Shown here: in pieces, positions 61,001-64,000 of the stretch
Layout: each line of letters opens with the position of its first letter
How positions within the stretch are numbered: the stretch's first letter is position 1
NCBI GenBank assembly: GCA_013265495.1
Contig: MU058345.1
Coordinates: 124,001 to 188,000 of the forward strand
Length of the DNA: 64,000 bases
Direction: 5' to 3'
Source: Vicugna vicugna
Lineage: Eukaryota
The notes under the pieces: generated by a model
Told to the model about the DNA's origin: nothing
Databases searched by the model: none
Seen by the model: the letters and a program-made list of their open reading frames with translations, nothing else
Program-made: the position numbers and the translations under genes

Positions 61001-61899
61001 TCCTGCCCCTGTCTGGATTATGGGCTTCTTCTAGGCACTCCTTGGACTCAAGGTCAAAGACAAGTTTGTGACTGTTGGGTTATCTCAGGAAAAGGTGTGG
61101 CTCTCCTGCTTTTCTCTTTCTACGCACTTGGCATACTGGGTTGTCATCATTCATCAGCGTGGCTTTCTCATGAGACTGGGCGCTCCTTGCAGGTGGGGAC
61201 TGGGCTCAACACATGCCACCCCTCACCCCCGTGTCTTCCTTCTACATCATTCCTGAGGATGGCTAATCTCCCCTGGGGAGGCTTCACTCCTTATATAACC
61301 CCTCCCCCTCATACGGAATCTCAGAGAGGGCAGAGCAGGATTGCAGGAAGCCAGCTGTAAGTGGAGGAGAAGGACCTGTGATGAACTGGTGGTCCAGACT
61401 TCTAGTTTCACCTTTTAAAAGCATTCATTCATTCAGTCAGTCAGTCACTCAGTACTGAACACTGTGCTAAGTCTCTGGGATATGGAGATCAGTAGATAAT
61501 GCTTTCTGTCCTTCAGAAATGTGCAGTCCGGTAGCAGAGACATACCTGTATCCAAATAAATGTAATATGTGATGTAACCGCGAGATACTAGGAATCTGAA
61601 CACAGTGCAGACTTAGCAGAAAGAGAAAGCCATCGCTTACAACTGTTGAGAGTTCAAAGTGAGAATGTAACCTCTGAGCAGGGACTTGACAGATGAGAAA
61701 GGCAGCCTACTTTTTCACATGAAGAAAGGCATTCCAGGCAGAGGCAGGTGGCCTAATAAAGACAAGGAGCAGAGCACTTGGAGTGGCTTCCTTGGGATAA
61801 GCCAACAGTCACAAACTTGTGTTGGGGTGCAGGATGGGTGTACTGGGGGCAAGCTGGTGTTTGAAGCATTACTGAGATTCTCCCGGATCTGTCATTCCC

Positions 61900-62270
61900 C
61901 CGCACCCCTGACTCCCTCGGGCACCCGGTGCAGCCACCCACGCCCCAGGCAGGGGCTCCGGGAGCCAGGGCGGCCGGGGTGGGCGGCGCTGCCTCTGCCC
62001 GCTGACAGCCCGGACCTCCTCCGCGCTGCTGTCCACGCTTGGTTTATTATGCACGAGGCAGGCAATTTGCCTTGCGCCCCGGGGACCCATCTCGGAGACA
62101 AGAAGGTAGTTTGTTCTCTGTAATGGCTTCTGCTGGAGTGTGGCAGGGCCGGGGCGCGAGCAGGGAGCTGGGGGCCGGGGAACGGGGCGCGGGGCGAGGG
62201 ATGCGCCCGGCGCCCCCTAGCGACCGCCCGGAGCCAGAGGCCCGCGCGGAGGAGGCCGACTCCTTTCCTC
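61900..62270. promoter_or_regulatory. Small CpG island / GC-rich regulatory element
   Basis: Dense CpG (e.g. ggggcgcggggcgagggatgcgcccggcgccccctagcgaccgcccgg) and GC-box-like motifs against a CpG-poor background. Confidence 0.7.
62208..62226 (-). promoter_or_regulatory. CTCF consensus motif
   Basis: Minus strand CGGTCGCTAGGGGGCGCCG versus core consensus CC(A/G)(C/G)(C/T)AG(G/A)(G/T)GGC(G/A)C. Confidence 0.65.
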
Positions 62271-64000
62271 ACCCTCCTTTCTGTGGCCCTCTTTGCTTCT
62301 TCAGCGGTTTCCTTTGTTTCTCCCATTTCCCTCTATTTTTCTGCTCCATATTCTTTGAGCCTTACTTAGTGTTTCCTTCCCTCTCCCTCCTCCCTCCCCA
62401 GCACCCTCGTCTTTGTGCTGGGACCGGGAGGGAGAGGGCAGGAGGGATACAGGGATGATTAAAGCAGCCATCCTCCCCGCGGGGAAACTCGGCTCACTGC
62501 TTCCCGTTCCAGGCCACCTCGGGCTCTCTTCTCCCCTTTGTAGTAGTCCTTATCAGTTACTTAGCCGACCCTCACCTCTGTCCCCATGCCCACAGGAAGA
62601 CACCCCAGCACCCTGCCCATCACTTCCAGGTGGAGGAAACTTGAGGCTGAGAATGAGCGCCCGTTTCTCCTGAGGTCTTCCCATCGTCTCCTCATTCACC
62701 AGAGGTGTCTCCCTCCTGAAGCCCACATGCTCCCAGGAGAGAGAGAGAGAAGGGAGAAAGTCCAGGCTGGCATCTCCTGGGGTGATTTCCTGTGATGGGT
62801 GTTTAAATCAGCTAGTTGACCGTCTCCTCAGCTGTATGGTTCTTCCACTGGCTCAGAAAGAAGCCGGAAGCTGCCTGTCCCAGGGGTCCCCATGCAGAAT
62901 TATTCCCAGCTTTCGTTCCCCCCAACCCCTTACCCTCACCACAAACTTCACCAGGTCAGGCAGTGGAACTGGCCTCTATGCACACATCTGCATAGCAGGG
63001 TAAGAACACTGAGCCAATGGTGAGTGCATGCTGTTTACACTCAGGTGAGTGAGCTGTGTGCTCCTGATGCCTTACACCGCACCCCTGCCCCCTGCCCTGA
63101 ATCTCAGTTCTCTCATCTGTAAAAGAAGGCGGTTGCATTCGATGGAATCAGATCTACAAACTGTGCTAACGTGTGAACTTATGTTAGAGGTAGAGACTGT
63201 CCCACAGTATCCCAGGCAGGGAGATGTCCTCTGTGCTGATGGATTCTGGAAGGTTCCCTATGCAAGGGGGAGTCCATGAGTAATGAGAACGAGTGGACGG
63301 GAGTAGAGGGGGTAGGCTGGGGCAGGGAAGGAGGAGCAGGAGGGATTTGGGGCAGGTGTGTGTCTGAAAGAAGCAGCAAAGGAAGAGGGGCGGGGCTGGG
63401 ATGCAAGTGTGGCCACAGGATGAGAATGTGATTAGAAAGTAAAGGGGTGGGGGTTGAAGTCCAGAGCTTCAGGACATCTCAGGTGATGTCCTCCGGGTGG
63501 AGGAAATTGAAAGTCTCTCAGGGAGCAAGGAGGGAGTGGCAGGAGGAGCCAGAAGGGCCGCAGCAGGCTGGGTGGGGAACAAGAGAAGAGCTCAGGCCAG
63601 AAACTGACCAGGGCCAGTGGTCCAAGAGCCTCGAGGACATGTGGCTTGGAGAGCGAGGAGGCACTGTGTTGTGAGGGACCTGGACCTTCCTTGCTGAATC
63701 TCCTCCAAGCCTGTTACCATCTGAGGACCCTGACCCCTGCGGTTTGCTGGACTTTCCAACAGTGCAGGGGCACCTTCTCCAAGGAACTTCTGGGTTTATG
63801 CTCGAGGCATGGCCTCCTCCTTCCCAGGAAAGGCGAAATGGCTTATCATTGAAAGGCGGAAGACTTCCGGGCGTGTGTTTGTGTGGGGGCGCGTGTGTGC
63901 ACAGTGAGGTCTGTGTAGGGGATGGGGATGGATGTGTGGACTGGAGTATGCCGGGATGAGGGGGTGCTGTGCAGGAATGGGGTCGCTGCTGTGACCTGGG

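Noticed and set aside
50400..64000. A downstream gene (CD1 family or a small membrane protein) or any prokaryote-type system (CRISPR, operon)
   Set aside because: No MHC-I-like or other coding exons recognised, and no repeat-spacer arrays; the region is dominated by LTR, LINE and SINE remnants.

Overview
Mammalian genomic DNA, most likely a camelid, judged from three tRNA-Ala-like SINEs of the camelid type. The window holds most of KIRREL1 (NEPH1) on the + strand. It covers the distal ~28.8 kb of intron 1, 14 coding exons (exons 2-15, 28797-45279, all GT-AG, phases consistent, 2222 coding nt), a probable ~5 kb 3' UTR ending near 50320, and ~14 kb of repeat-rich downstream DNA. The downstream DNA has LTRs, L1/L2 fragments and a small CpG island with a strong CTCF motif. 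Exon 1 (signal peptide) lies outside the window. I found no other protein-coding gene and no evidence for a new multi-gene system; almost all listed ORFs are chance ORFs in GC-rich non-coding DNA. The most notable items are alternative splice acceptors (+16 aa at exon 9, +7 aa at exon 2, a frameshifting one at the last exon), a triple-nested transposon, a probably artefactual assembly gap, an ERV 3' LTR with its PPT, a non-canonical poly(A) region and several homeodomain-motif-rich candidate enhancers. Comparisons with human and mouse proteins and repeat family names come from memory and need database confirmation.
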